IMG/VR virus record: IMGVR_UViG_3300042448_000646
Location: 32,001-96,000 of that record
Source of the DNA: a virus
Direction: 5' to 3' (one strand)
DNA length: 64,000 nucleotides
The notes below the pieces were generated by a model, which searched no databases, was not told the DNA's origin, and saw nothing but the letters and a program-made list of their open reading frames with translations. Position 1 is the stretch's first letter. Each line of letters begins with the position of its first letter. Shown piece after piece: positions 40,801-47,620 of this stretch. A program made the position numbers and the translations under genes.

Positions 40801-41802
40801 CAAAGAATATTCAGAGATACTTTAAACGTAGTAGGACTACATGCTATCTCATTAGGATTAACTTCACTTTTATTTATGGGATTAGGAGGGGGAGGAGATG
40901 ACGACCCTTCTAAGTTGCTATCAATTTTAGCTATTATCTCCTTAGGTACATATGATGAAGCAATTAGCTTACATCCATTACTTGCTCCTTCTAACTGGAT
41001 TTATAAAACATTCTTTAGACAACCTTTAGCAAGACCAGGAGATGAAGAAGGAGGTGCTAGTAGTGCAGTAAGACATGGACTCTATGCTTTATTTGGACCT
41101 CAGATGAGAAGTTTTGACCAAATCTTTGAAGCTATTTTTGATGTAAGAAATATCACAGACCCATTTGAACCTTACTACGAACAAAGAAGAGACATGGGAG
41201 GTAACAGTATTGTTAATACCCCTGCTCCTACTAGAGGATTACCTAGAGTACTTGCAATGGCTATGAAATACTATGGAGTAGAGTCAGGTTTAAAACCATT
41301 CTATGCACCTAGAAAAAGAGTTATGGATATGTTAAAGCTTAATCCAATGTTAGGAATGCAAGATCCTTTGGGAGATTATGTACAGATTCAACAAAAAATA
41401 TCTGGTTTGCAAAAAGAAATTTTAGCGAGAGACCCTCAAGACAATGTCTACTTCATGGAAGGAGAATGGGATAAAATGTCCAAGCCTAACGTAGAAGAGA
41501 TGAAATCTAAAGTTGCTGAGTGGGGAGTTCTTAAAGTAGAAAAGATGATGATGGAATCTACAAACCCAGTTATTGAGGCTGCTAAGATGGAAAAAGACAT
41601 TAGTGCTTATGAAGGTTCTCAAGATGTAAAACAAATAGAATTTATGTTACAGGACTTTTACGATGTCAAGTTACCTAAAGCTCCTAAGAATGAACAGACT
41701 GAATTTTATAAATCAGTAGAGAAAGCATTTCAAAAGAATAGACGTAGCACTATTCAGAAAAGTTTTGAGCAACTACAACAAAGCCAGATGTCTCCAGACT
41801 AA
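34810..41802 (+). CDS. Giant ejected polyvalent protein C with ART-like domain, zincin metalloprotease and C-terminal hydrophobic helices
   Basis: 2330 aa; VADANGNPIVVY...GLFFT...VLNIKNP...LKDAGYDGVI...FIAFDSSQVK; ELIHEAVHAYT...EEFVSEYLSNP; hydrophobic segment near 40820-40950. Confidence 0.8.
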   Translation: MSCFAKIKSPLNGKTITSPAYYQLTSFFPPAEGRRIYEATTTISFKTEIGFDWTKRQQGYSPKLNFAGEPTLDQINTHLRLNLNPREIRAGEQMDEVASLGYLNKGYANPNAFNLITNEINLNPKYSLIESEVLARDGKYYLSVKPAISAQTALEFKQSSDKRSTESDNIKFTKDSVVADANGNPIVVYNNTNEPATRFTEGRPTGLFFTPNVEMFSEYGATKYGAVLNIKNPYYAASNAIRKETDIQKLKDAGYDGVITHPEYKFDRYISNIQNEDAAIDDYIKNQNVNDNTKGKDNRDALDLSKALEFIAFDSSQVKVINSADNKSLSTAAAAKSVKPVSKDYLRTVKFPDMIVNNVADFSNAGLIELMDNLLKNKELPPFQHKMLERLRNLMKINPTLKLAVFDDAEVDEEFQRSFYDPKSNTIYIGKTVTSEFNKESFARELIHEAVHAYTISALTNPVTAEEIKFRQEMEKYISEYKSKFPRLQHHYGFKNVEEFVSEYLSNPYFRNDLQEAERTNKDKTFVGRVTENIKRFLKNVLGLGDTLFDRVNQTVDDYFDYLDNLEDMPDLAGEHELRFNQPYAAQPLNPLSVNLSQFQQYVDSTFNSSSWKQLSQGLSEIDPRFASIERIREKFGNISSASLASTIKSSIDYLVAIEQLVDRVIKDVDLHRNNLGYYSSEDAVSVFNHAIHIADFVQEQMAAYNQYLMPQLRMEQTKTDLDINPIGAAEFRQERRSQVENFDIVSQELIAKLKNISDRSNSLRNEAKSSILAPVASQLSEPFRLIAAQLKEPNSQLNQEIDAKEKLYNQALANNQTKKAADMLKDLSQLRMFRDWVPTQQNIIKLLQTGMNPQYTGANFFTIYLGVANMTGSPLVQVVKEYLDVHLTEAGNKSLEYTNRAKKLFDKVEARNKKQGIRWTQSIDNFYKNLTREVDMVYYDANGVRKVVKQLAYNTKFKEAEFRNDLQELKRNVDSAKKGGVEAEIIEAQEKLQKFLDDYAVRPYTDEYYEAEDLLISEAREARTDLLDQLEEHQAVFGDAEASQEERKHRTELRRAYERLGSIYNEDGTEKPKGTKERNIADSIIAYKNKRKALEAIEFVIPDKVKVRFEIEKNSRKQKVADLERKISILNTDIADEIALGQDVTTKQNELVDITAQLEVAKNELNKWLNANTRTEIDPEFFELQRSIADKIKNIFLKYGEDPLLSEAYDELFNSVKGYRDQDGIIVGSQIQRGLGQTIRDLETKIEKLKEDAEENRQISDQDKETLKVLFKQISDIQTKETTEYYVEQYNSVARAARVDLYADAQQVIEIKALAEKLADQYIENEGLVDEDLELDDNLPVLNHPSEFGTDKHRNDLVSSYENMITELRLQQRIKESDWYKANHISIKKSYTDKKSGKKIVKVYERPIYIWNRTIPRNAAYIKQENPNFDWAVPRVRDEYKNKDYNFLGSARPRQTTDNKYTNEVYTKSLQDDKDIADEMVGLYEDIQRNLPVSQRLEGYVVPNKTRDAKENITDMYTNPLARFKGWVDGWKLIFKPGLAGEDQYEDEISSLVDSEDKQKIAKSNRKVQLIKTRYKEPLNTNQVSRVLVQSLAEYGAYASEFAGLKKAMPAVFAAREAALGTNIPDGDVQMLDNEIQRFFYGGEVSNTSLGDNPYMKATMRAMRRVFRFSQSRVLLFNFLRVFKNIFNNFLKIVLSKNKYGLTRKELLRAWWKGLTMRRSLVSLEIGSKQHSEYALKLVHFRALPAADPTKLATNVHQTSIYKYANAENFSGQIFGYMEMASTLPIYEALIARLDVPIVINGQQTRVNLSDAYEVIDGILVPKEGVFGLELNAMRSLIEDRKQIISTFLAQEGVSTIENLSSAQKTKLKGLLTSIDVKINSLEKVNSVKQEKLRLVEQQLRDQIHELYTSTQGNYYGRSRSAYEKNLFASVVMSMRRWLAPNLQTNFGQRRLSLYTGNLEGGFYAEGGKSLLRKMRYLVAGERMDLGSTEFEKEKHQRIFRDTLNVVGLHAISLGLTSLLFMGLGGGGDDDPSKLLSILAIISLGTYDEAISLHPLLAPSNWIYKTFFRQPLARPGDEEGGASSAVRHGLYALFGPQMRSFDQIFEAIFDVRNITDPFEPYYEQRRDMGGNSIVNTPAPTRGLPRVLAMAMKYYGVESGLKPFYAPRKRVMDMLKLNPMLGMQDPLGDYVQIQQKISGLQKEILARDPQDNVYFMEGEWDKMSKPNVEEMKSKVAEWGVLKVEKMMMESTNPVIEAAKMEKDISAYEGSQDVKQIEFMLQDFYDVKLPKAPKNEQTEFYKSVEKAFQKNRRSTIQKSFEQLQQSQMSPD

Positions 41803-41810
41803 GAAATAAC

Positions 41811-41840
41811 TTGACAAAACAGCAATTAAAATTAACTTTG
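41811..41840 (+). promoter_or_regulatory. Bacteroidota sigma-A type promoter for the lysis region
   Basis: TTG(41811)-19 nt-TAACTTTG(41833). Confidence 0.75.
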
Positions 41841-41878
41841 TAATGTCGGACGCAAGTCGGTTTTAATAACGAAAGAAA

Positions 41879-42181
41879 ATGGATAATAATCAACAAGTAA
41901 ATGAACAAGGAAAACGCTTGAGAGCGATTTCAGCACACACAGGACTTTCTGTAGGCTCAGGAGGCTTTAAACGCCACGGCACAGGTACAGTATCAAATGT
42001 ACGTTACAACGCACTAGTAGTACAAGAAGACACTATATTCACAGAATTTCTTGTCAATGGTGCTTCTGAGTTGGCTAACAATGGTATGAGTGCTATCACC
42101 TTCAAGCAAGGAGCATTTCTTCCTGGAGGAGTGATTACTGGTTTTACTATCTCTTCAGGTAGTGTAATTGCCTATAAGTAA
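41879..42181 (+). CDS. Small beta-rich structural protein
   Basis: 100 aa ending ...GVITGFTISSGSVIAYK, a pattern common in small phage beta-sandwich proteins. Confidence 0.6.
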   Translation: MDNNQQVNEQGKRLRAISAHTGLSVGSGGFKRHGTGTVSNVRYNALVVQEDTIFTEFLVNGASELANNGMSAITFKQGAFLPGGVITGFTISSGSVIAYK

Positions 42182-42219
42182 TGATTGGCATCGGTATAGG
42201 TATAGGTGTGCGAAAATGA
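42181..42219 (+). pseudogene. 12-aa mini-ORF MIGIGIGIGVRK, possible gene remnant or micropeptide
   Basis: TAATG overlap with the upstream stop and ATGA overlap with the holin start. Confidence 0.5.
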
Positions 42220-42635
42220 AAACCTCTTTCCTCTTATACACAGGTACAACTCTCTTAGCTTTCTTAGGAGCTTACTTCCTTAATCTAGGAGCAGATAATG
42301 CCGAACAGTACTTAGCTGTTGTATCTGTAGTATTCATTGACGGATTTTTTGGTGTATGGGCTGGTACAAAAATGGAAGGCTTTAAGACCAAGAAAGCATT
42401 AAGTGTACTTAAGACCTTAATGGTTTGGGTATTTATGCTTACAGGAATCCTGATGATTGAGAGAGGCTTTGAGGGCACTTTCTGGTTAAGCGAAACTATC
42501 TGTGCTCCTTTTATTCTCTTTCAGCTTATAAGTGCACTCAAGAACGCAGGTAGGGCAGGGTTGATAAAGAATGAGTTACTGCAGTTAATCTTAGATAAAA
42601 TCGACCAACATAAAGTAAATGAAAAACAAGATTGA
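42216..42635 (+). CDS. Phage holin (holin family 4-like)
   Basis: Several TM segments; IDGFFGVWAG and QLISALKNAGRAGLI motifs; start at MKTSF (42216). Confidence 0.75.
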   Translation: MKTSFLLYTGTTLLAFLGAYFLNLGADNAEQYLAVVSVVFIDGFFGVWAGTKMEGFKTKKALSVLKTLMVWVFMLTGILMIERGFEGTFWLSETICAPFILFQLISALKNAGRAGLIKNELLQLILDKIDQHKVNEKQD

Positions 42636-42939
42636 AGTTATTGTTATAGGGCTACTACTAATCACAGTAGCTTTTTTGTTATGGGAAAGACAAAGCTTAA
42701 GTAGCGGTAGTGAAGAGAAGTTTATGGCTTACATGGACTCAATGGAAAAACGTAATGAGACTTTCCTTGGTAGGGTAGATTCGTTATCTACACTTAAACA
42801 CGAACAATTCAGTTATTATGAAAAAATTAACCTCAAGTATGACACTATTCAGATTGCTCTTGACACTATGCCTGATATTGACGGCACAAAGTTCTTACTC
42901 ACAATCTCTAGACAGCTTACCGCTAAAGGAATTGAATAA
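42619..42939 (+). CDS. Putative inner-membrane spanin-like protein
   Basis: N-terminal TM helix plus coiled coil; follows the holin and overlaps the next gene by about 100 nt. Confidence 0.55.
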   Translation: MKNKIEVIVIGLLLITVAFLLWERQSLSSGSEEKFMAYMDSMEKRNETFLGRVDSLSTLKHEQFSYYEKINLKYDTIQIALDTMPDIDGTKFLLTISRQLTAKGIE

Positions 42940-43189
42940 CGAATTTCTCAAAGGTATTAAAGCTAGAGAGAGAGTCGTTGTGCTTAAAGAGGTTATCCAC
43001 TTGGATAGTCAGCAAATCAATCTATACAGGGATTCAATTGTTCCTAGTTATCAACAGATGGTAGAAGTGTCTAAAGTAGAGGTCACTAGATTAAACCGTG
43101 TAATAGATCGGAAGAATCTTGAAATGAAAATGTACAAATATGGTTTCTTGGGTATGTCCTTGTTAGCAGTACTTAGTTTTATCTTCTAA
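42839..43189 (+). CDS. Putative spanin partner (signal peptide, coiled coil, C-terminal TM)
   Basis: MTLFRLLLTLCLILTAQSSYS signal; C-terminal YGFLGMSLLAVLSFIF; overlapping arrangement. Confidence 0.5.
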   Translation: MTLFRLLLTLCLILTAQSSYSQSLDSLPLKELNNEFLKGIKARERVVVLKEVIHLDSQQINLYRDSIVPSYQQMVEVSKVEVTRLNRVIDRKNLEMKMYKYGFLGMSLLAVLSFIF

Positions 43190-43191
43190 CT

Positions 43192-43770
43192 ATGAAAAAA
43201 TCTATTATACTATTGTTATTTTTAGTTGCTGTAAAGATCTATGCTCAGAGAGACAGCGTATTTATTAAGACTCCAATCTATTCTTGTGTTTATTCTGAGA
43301 TTTTACAACAACCTAAGCGTATATGGTACACAGTTCAATGCCCTTTAGGTTCTTATCCTCGTAAAGGAATGGACTTCTACACTAACGATAGTGTAAAGAC
43401 ATCTGATGGTAAGGATTATGAAGGAAATGTATGGGACAAAGGACACGGTGCTCCTGCTGCTGACTTTAACTGCACAAGAGAAACCTTGTGGCAGACGTTT
43501 TCGTATTTAAATTGTATTCTCCAGCACGAGAAACTTAATAGAGGTGCTTGGAGATTACTTGAGGTACGTGAGCGAGAGTTAGCCAAATTAAGTAAAGTAG
43601 AAGTAGAAATAAGAGTTATCTATGGACCTAAAGCAGTTAAGTTACCAACAGGTGCTACTATACCAACGGCTTTCTACAAGACTATAAAGTTTGGAAATAC
43701 AAAAGAAGTGTATTACTTTGCAAACGAAGCACCCGCTACTACAGATTATACTAAGTATAAGGTGCAATAA
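43192..43770 (+). CDS. Secreted DNA/RNA non-specific endonuclease (NucA/EndoG beta-beta-alpha-Me family)
   Basis: Signal peptide MKKSIILLLFLVAVKIYA; WDKGHGAPAADF, TFSYLN..LQ..LNRGAWRLLE, IPTAFYK. Confidence 0.88.
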   Translation: MKKSIILLLFLVAVKIYAQRDSVFIKTPIYSCVYSEILQQPKRIWYTVQCPLGSYPRKGMDFYTNDSVKTSDGKDYEGNVWDKGHGAPAADFNCTRETLWQTFSYLNCILQHEKLNRGAWRLLEVRERELAKLSKVEVEIRVIYGPKAVKLPTGATIPTAFYKTIKFGNTKEVYYFANEAPATTDYTKYKVQ

Positions 43771-43781
43771 AAAGCACTGTT

Positions 43782-44072
43782 ATGATTAAGACAATCAACG
43801 AAAAAATCCACGAGTATTTTTTAGAGTCGGAAAGAGACGGACTAGAAAATAATAAGACAAGGTCAAGAGGGGAATACCCAAATGCCCTACTTATTACCAA
43901 AGAGCAGTATAAAGAGACATTAAAGCAAATGTTTAAACTCCAAGATGACGTATCTGATGAAGTCTTATCAGAGATTAAAGTAATGTCTATAGAAGGTCTC
44001 AAAGTAATCATTACAGACTACTTAGAAGAGCCTAAAGTTATTCGGATGACTACAATAAAAAACCCCTCATAA
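43782..44072 (+). CDS. Hypothetical protein
   Basis: 96-aa ORF continuing the operon up to the convergent terminator. Confidence 0.6.
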   Translation: MIKTINEKIHEYFLESERDGLENNKTRSRGEYPNALLITKEQYKETLKQMFKLQDDVSDEVLSEIKVMSIEGLKVIITDYLEEPKVIRMTTIKNPS

Positions 44073-44081
44073 AGAGGGGTT
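44057..44081 (-). terminator. Terminator at the convergence of the two transcription blocks
   Basis: AACCCCTC-ataaa-GAGGGGTT; A-run on plus strand gives a U-tail on minus. Confidence 0.75.
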
Positions 44082-44093
44082 GAGTAATTAGTT

Positions 44094-44429
44094 CTAAGAC
44101 TCACTTAAACTTTCTGGGCCTCCTGTTAACTTTAGGAAACTTTTAATTTCTGTAATGTCTTTTAGTATAACCACTATTGGCTCACTAGTAACTTCAAATT
44201 TTGTGATTTTTACTGGTTCTTTTTGTTTAGTATTAGGGTTGATTTTATATTGGTAGTCAATTGGATTTAACTTATCCGCATTCCTTCCTAATACTACTGC
44301 CAATCCTTCCTTCTCTGGATAAGTCATAATCACTGACTCTAAGCTGAAAGAGTAACCATTCTTACGAGTGATGTTCATTTCATCCTCGTGAGATTCCTTT
44401 TCAATTTGTGTATAGTAGAATAAATTCAT
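44094..44429 (-). CDS. Hypothetical protein
   Basis: 111-aa ORF downstream of groES. Confidence 0.65.
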   Translation of the reverse strand: MNLFYYTQIEKESHEDEMNITRKNGYSFSLESVIMTYPEKEGLAVVLGRNADKLNPIDYQYKINPNTKQKEPVKITKFEVTSEPIVVILKDITEIKSFLKLTGGPESLSES

Positions 44430-44452
44430 ATTTTTAGTTATAGTTAATTAAC

Positions 44453-44737
44453 TTACCAGATTAAAACAACATCCATCTCACGGATTAAGAATTTTTGACT
44501 TGCATCCACGTCAACAAGTTCAGCATGCATAATTGTACTAGGAGAAATGTACACTTTGTCTCCTACTTCAATGTCTGTTACAGCATCACCAATAGCAAAT
44601 ACATCTAAAGATGTCATTTCAGTTAGCTGTTTAATTAAAAGTTCTTTTTGGGCTTCTTCAGTTAAGTGAAGTCCTAGGTCTTTACGAGGGGGGCAATTCA
44701 ACAATACCCGTGAACCTCTTAGTTTGATTATACTCAT
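44453..44737 (-). CDS. groES: GroES-like co-chaperonin
   Basis: KLRGSRVLL...GLHL...VFAIGDAVTDIEVGDKVYI...KFLIREMDVVLIW. Confidence 0.8.
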   Translation of the reverse strand: MSIIKLRGSRVLLNCPPRKDLGLHLTEEAQKELLIKQLTEMTSLDVFAIGDAVTDIEVGDKVYISPSTIMHAELVDVDASQKFLIREMDVVLIW

Positions 44738-44780
44738 GTGGGTTTTATATTAGTTTTTTAATTTTAGGTTAATTACTTAA

Positions 44781-44812
44781 TTTGCAAAGTTATAAGAAAT
44801 ATCTTATTTTTG
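44781..44812. promoter_or_regulatory. Overlapping divergent Bacteroidota-type promoters
   Basis: Plus: TTTG(44781)-20 nt-TATTTTTG(44805). Minus: TAACTTTG at 44792-44785 toward groES, with a weak -33. Confidence 0.6.
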
Positions 44813-44831
44813 AACACATAAAATAGATTTT

Positions 44832-45134
44832 ATGACTACTGAAACAAACCAACCGCAAGCAGAAGAAGGTACCGTGTACTGGAAACCTGACGAACAAATT
44901 ACTATTAAGGGAACTGAACTAGCAGCTTTGTTGCATCTAGTTGATTTACAGACAGTTGCTATTACACAAGTTCCTTTAACTACACTTATGGAGCTATTTT
45001 CCACTGCAAATGCTGCCAAAAATGATATTATGGCTAGACTTGAAAGTGAAGGTAAACTAAGTAATAGTCCTGTAGAACCTGTTGAGCCAGTAACTTTGGA
45101 GAACTTAGATGAAAACTCAGACGAAATTTTGTAA
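44832..45134 (+). CDS. Acidic hypothetical protein, oriented opposite to its neighbours
   Basis: 100 aa with its own promoter and a downstream bidirectional terminator. Confidence 0.7.
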   Translation: MTTETNQPQAEEGTVYWKPDEQITIKGTELAALLHLVDLQTVAITQVPLTTLMELFSTANAAKNDIMARLESEGKLSNSPVEPVEPVTLENLDENSDEIL

Positions 45135-45158
45135 TTAACAATAACTTTAGGGGTTAAT

Positions 45159-45186
45159 AAAAAAGGAGGACTAAATGTCCTCCTTT
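45159..45186. terminator. Bidirectional terminator
   Basis: AAAGGAGGAC-taaat-GTCCTCCTTT between convergent genes. Confidence 0.8.
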
Positions 45187-45647
45187 GTTGTTTCTAAGTG
45201 AGGGTAAAATCTGTAGATTTCCTGAGTGATGTCTAGTTTTATAGCACTAAAGTCAACTTCAGAATCAGAGATTTTCCTAAAATATGAGGTAAATTCATCA
45301 AATCTAGCATGCTTATAACTAAATAAATCTCTTCTATACAAGTCATGTACTTTAAATACGTACATTCTCATTGTATTGCTTGGAGTAATTACATCGTAAA
45401 AGTCATAGAAAGATGTGAAGTCTGCAAGTTTAAACTGAAACTCATCAAAATCTTTATCATCTTTTAGATGAAATAGAAAGAACAAACAGTCTTTATACCT
45501 TTTGGTATGTCCGTAATCGTCCAAGTAAACATTAACCAACCCATAAATTCTGAGTGTAGCTAATGCATCCTTGTTGAAAATCATACAGGTTAAGAACCTA
45601 GCAGTATTAGTAGGGGCATTCACTAATACAAAATTAACAGAAGGCAT
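45171..45647 (-). CDS. Conserved crAss-like hypothetical protein
   Basis: 158 aa; LVNVYL...YVFKV motif; follows the PD-(D/E)XK nuclease. Confidence 0.6.
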   Translation of the reverse strand: MPSVNFVLVNAPTNTARFLTCMIFNKDALATLRIYGLVNVYLDDYGHTKRYKDCLFFLFHLKDDKDFDEFQFKLADFTSFYDFYDVITPSNTMRMYVFKVHDLYRRDLFSYKHARFDEFTSYFRKISDSEVDFSAIKLDITQEIYRFYPHLETTKEDI

Positions 45648-45658
45648 AGATTAATCAA

Positions 45659-46630
45659 CTATTGTCCAATAATACGTACACCCTTGTTCTGATAGTCGTG
45701 CATAGGGTATTTCCACAAATCATTTTCTACGTGCCACTCATATCTTTCAATGGCTTGATGAAATCCTTCGTACTGACGCCCGTTATGCTCACCTCCATAT
45801 TGACCTATCTCTAAGATGTCTTCGGACATCTCATAGATGAGTGGACTTCCAGGGTAATCTTGATTCTCTACAATAAACCTAAAGGGGTGTAGTGTCTTTC
45901 CTCCTAGTTCTTTTACCAACCCAGAAGCAATTGCTCCATAAGTGTAGAAAGCAGCTTGTATGTCATACCTAAACTTCCAAAACATACCCATCCAATAGTG
46001 TGTTGGACTTGAGGTTGTCTTTAAGTCTATGGGGTATACAACTCCTGTTGCTTTGTCGACCACTACTAAGTCTAGTAGCCCCTTACATTTATGACCATTG
46101 TATTCAAATTCTACCACTACTTGTTTATGGACTTCGTATATCTCTGACCCATTAATCCATTCTGAGGTAAAGTCATTATACTTAAGGCTTTCTACAATAG
46201 CGTCAATCTTTGCTTTTTGACTAGTTGTAATTACACTTTTGCCTTTTGATTCTAGTAAAGCTTCATAGTAATACTTACCTTCTTTCTCAAATCGCTCAAG
46301 TACTTTGTCTACTTTAATCTTAAACCCTGACCTTTCATAAGCAATTTGTACAGCATCTGTACTATCTCTATTGATAAACAAAGTCCATACAAATAATCCC
46401 ATCATAGCTCCAGGCTTCTCTACATCAGTTACGTAGAAGGCATCATAGAAAGCATCATGACTTTGTGTTAGAATAAGATCTACTCCGTCTCCAATAACGG
46501 TAGTTTCTTTTGGTTCGTCTGTGTCATCCTCGTTGTTGTAGTTAATAAAGAGCTGCGGATGCGCTAATAGCTTCTTCAACTTGCTCTGACTAAGAGCCGT
46601 ACTACTTAGGTATTCTTCGTTTATTATCAT
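45659..46630 (-). CDS. PD-(D/E)XK exonuclease (RecE/DUF3799-like)
   Basis: LSQSKLK, CKGLLDLVVVD...PIDLKTT...YDIQAAFY. Confidence 0.85.
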   Translation of the reverse strand: MIINEEYLSSTALSQSKLKKLLAHPQLFINYNNEDDTDEPKETTVIGDGVDLILTQSHDAFYDAFYVTDVEKPGAMMGLFVWTLFINRDSTDAVQIAYERSGFKIKVDKVLERFEKEGKYYYEALLESKGKSVITTSQKAKIDAIVESLKYNDFTSEWINGSEIYEVHKQVVVEFEYNGHKCKGLLDLVVVDKATGVVYPIDLKTTSSPTHYWMGMFWKFRYDIQAAFYTYGAIASGLVKELGGKTLHPFRFIVENQDYPGSPLIYEMSEDILEIGQYGGEHNGRQYEGFHQAIERYEWHVENDLWKYPMHDYQNKGVRIIGQ

Positions 46631-46817
46631 ATCGTAGGTAGGTAATGTTTACATTCCAAAACAACCACCCTAAATGAAGAGTAAAGTATTCTTGTTTGGC
46701 TGTTCTTGAAATAGTTAACATGGGAAAAAGATAGAAAAAAAGATAAGATGTACCTCTTTGCCCCCATGTTCGTTTAAAGAAACTATTAAAGTTTATTTGA
46801 ATTTTGTCGATCATCAT
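46602..46817 (-). CDS. Small hydrophobic hypothetical protein
   Basis: 71 aa filling the gap between neighbours; LFPMLTI...LGWLFW. Confidence 0.55.
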   Translation of the reverse strand: MMIDKIQINFNSFFKRTWGQRGTSYLFFYLFPMLTISRTAKQEYFTLHLGWLFWNVNITYLRYDNKRRIPK

Positions 46818-47175
46818 AGTTTGATTTCTCTTTTAATATGTACTCAATAAACATTGCATTGCACAATACGTGGGAGATGTGTCGACAACCTGACTCAGGA
46901 TCTATGTCTTCCCCACCTAAAAATGCAAACAAATGCCTCATCAAAGACTCACTAACTTTAGTTACAGGCATGCCTTTTTTCCAGTTGTCTCTTGCGTACT
47001 TATCTGCGCCATACTCTAAAACTTTAACCATACCTTCTAGTGAGTCAAAGTCTACTAGCGACCACTGTAACTTGTCTTGGTTGTATCTTAATGCTTGTTT
47101 GTCTCTATCTAGTAGAGCTCTCTCAAAATCGTCAACCTCGTTGGCAATTTCTTCTCTAATTGTTTTATTTTCCAT
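46786..47175 (-). CDS. dATP/dGTP diphosphohydrolase domain protein (DUF5664)
   Basis: RYNQDKLQWSLV...VLEYGADKYARDNWKKG...LMRHL...DPESGCRHISH..CN. Confidence 0.88.
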   Translation of the reverse strand: MENKTIREEIANEVDDFERALLDRDKQALRYNQDKLQWSLVDFDSLEGMVKVLEYGADKYARDNWKKGMPVTKVSESLMRHLFAFLGGEDIDPESGCRHISHVLCNAMFIEYILKEKSNYDDRQNSNKL

Positions 47176-47179
47176 ATTT

Positions 47180-47620
47180 TTATGTGGTTTCTGGTATGTG
47201 TGTGCCTAAAACTCCATTTGCAAACTGAAGTACTTTAGTTATGAATTTAGTTACATCTTCTTTAGTTGCTTTTGAAAAAGACATAGGGAGTTTAATAAAC
47301 TGACCTGCCATTGCTACTTCTTCATAAAAGAATTTGTCTTTAAGGAACATAACAACTTCTTCTTTAGTTAGTTCTTCTCCTTGTAGTTCCTCCAATGAGT
47401 TTTTGATAACAGGAAGTATTACTCCATAAAAATATCGTAATTGTTGCAGACTCTTTTTGCCTTCAACCTTTACAATATTTAACTCTATCTCTACTTCAGG
47501 CTCCCCATTCATAATTTCAGTTAAGTACTTTTGAAGTATAGTAGAGTCATCGGGTTTAAAATACCTACTACCATCTAATTTGATGGCTAACTTTCCTGGT
47601 ATATAAATTTTATTTATCAT
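47180..47620 (-). CDS. ninB: NinB/Orf-like recombination protein
   Basis: KSLQQLRYFYGVI...SFSKATKEDVTKFITKV....LGTHIP. Confidence 0.65.
   Translation of the reverse strand: MINKIYIPGKLAIKLDGSRYFKPDDSTILQKYLTEIMNGEPEVEIELNIVKVEGKKSLQQLRYFYGVILPVIKNSLEELQGEELTKEEVVMFLKDKFFYEEVAMAGQFIKLPMSFSKATKEDVTKFITKVLQFANGVLGTHIPETT

Noticed and set aside
42168-42215. N-terminal extension of the holin in the ORF track, or TGA readthrough of the mini-ORF
   Set aside because: The extension is an alternative-frame reading of the IG-repeat mini-ORF, and readthrough hits TAG about 13 codons later.
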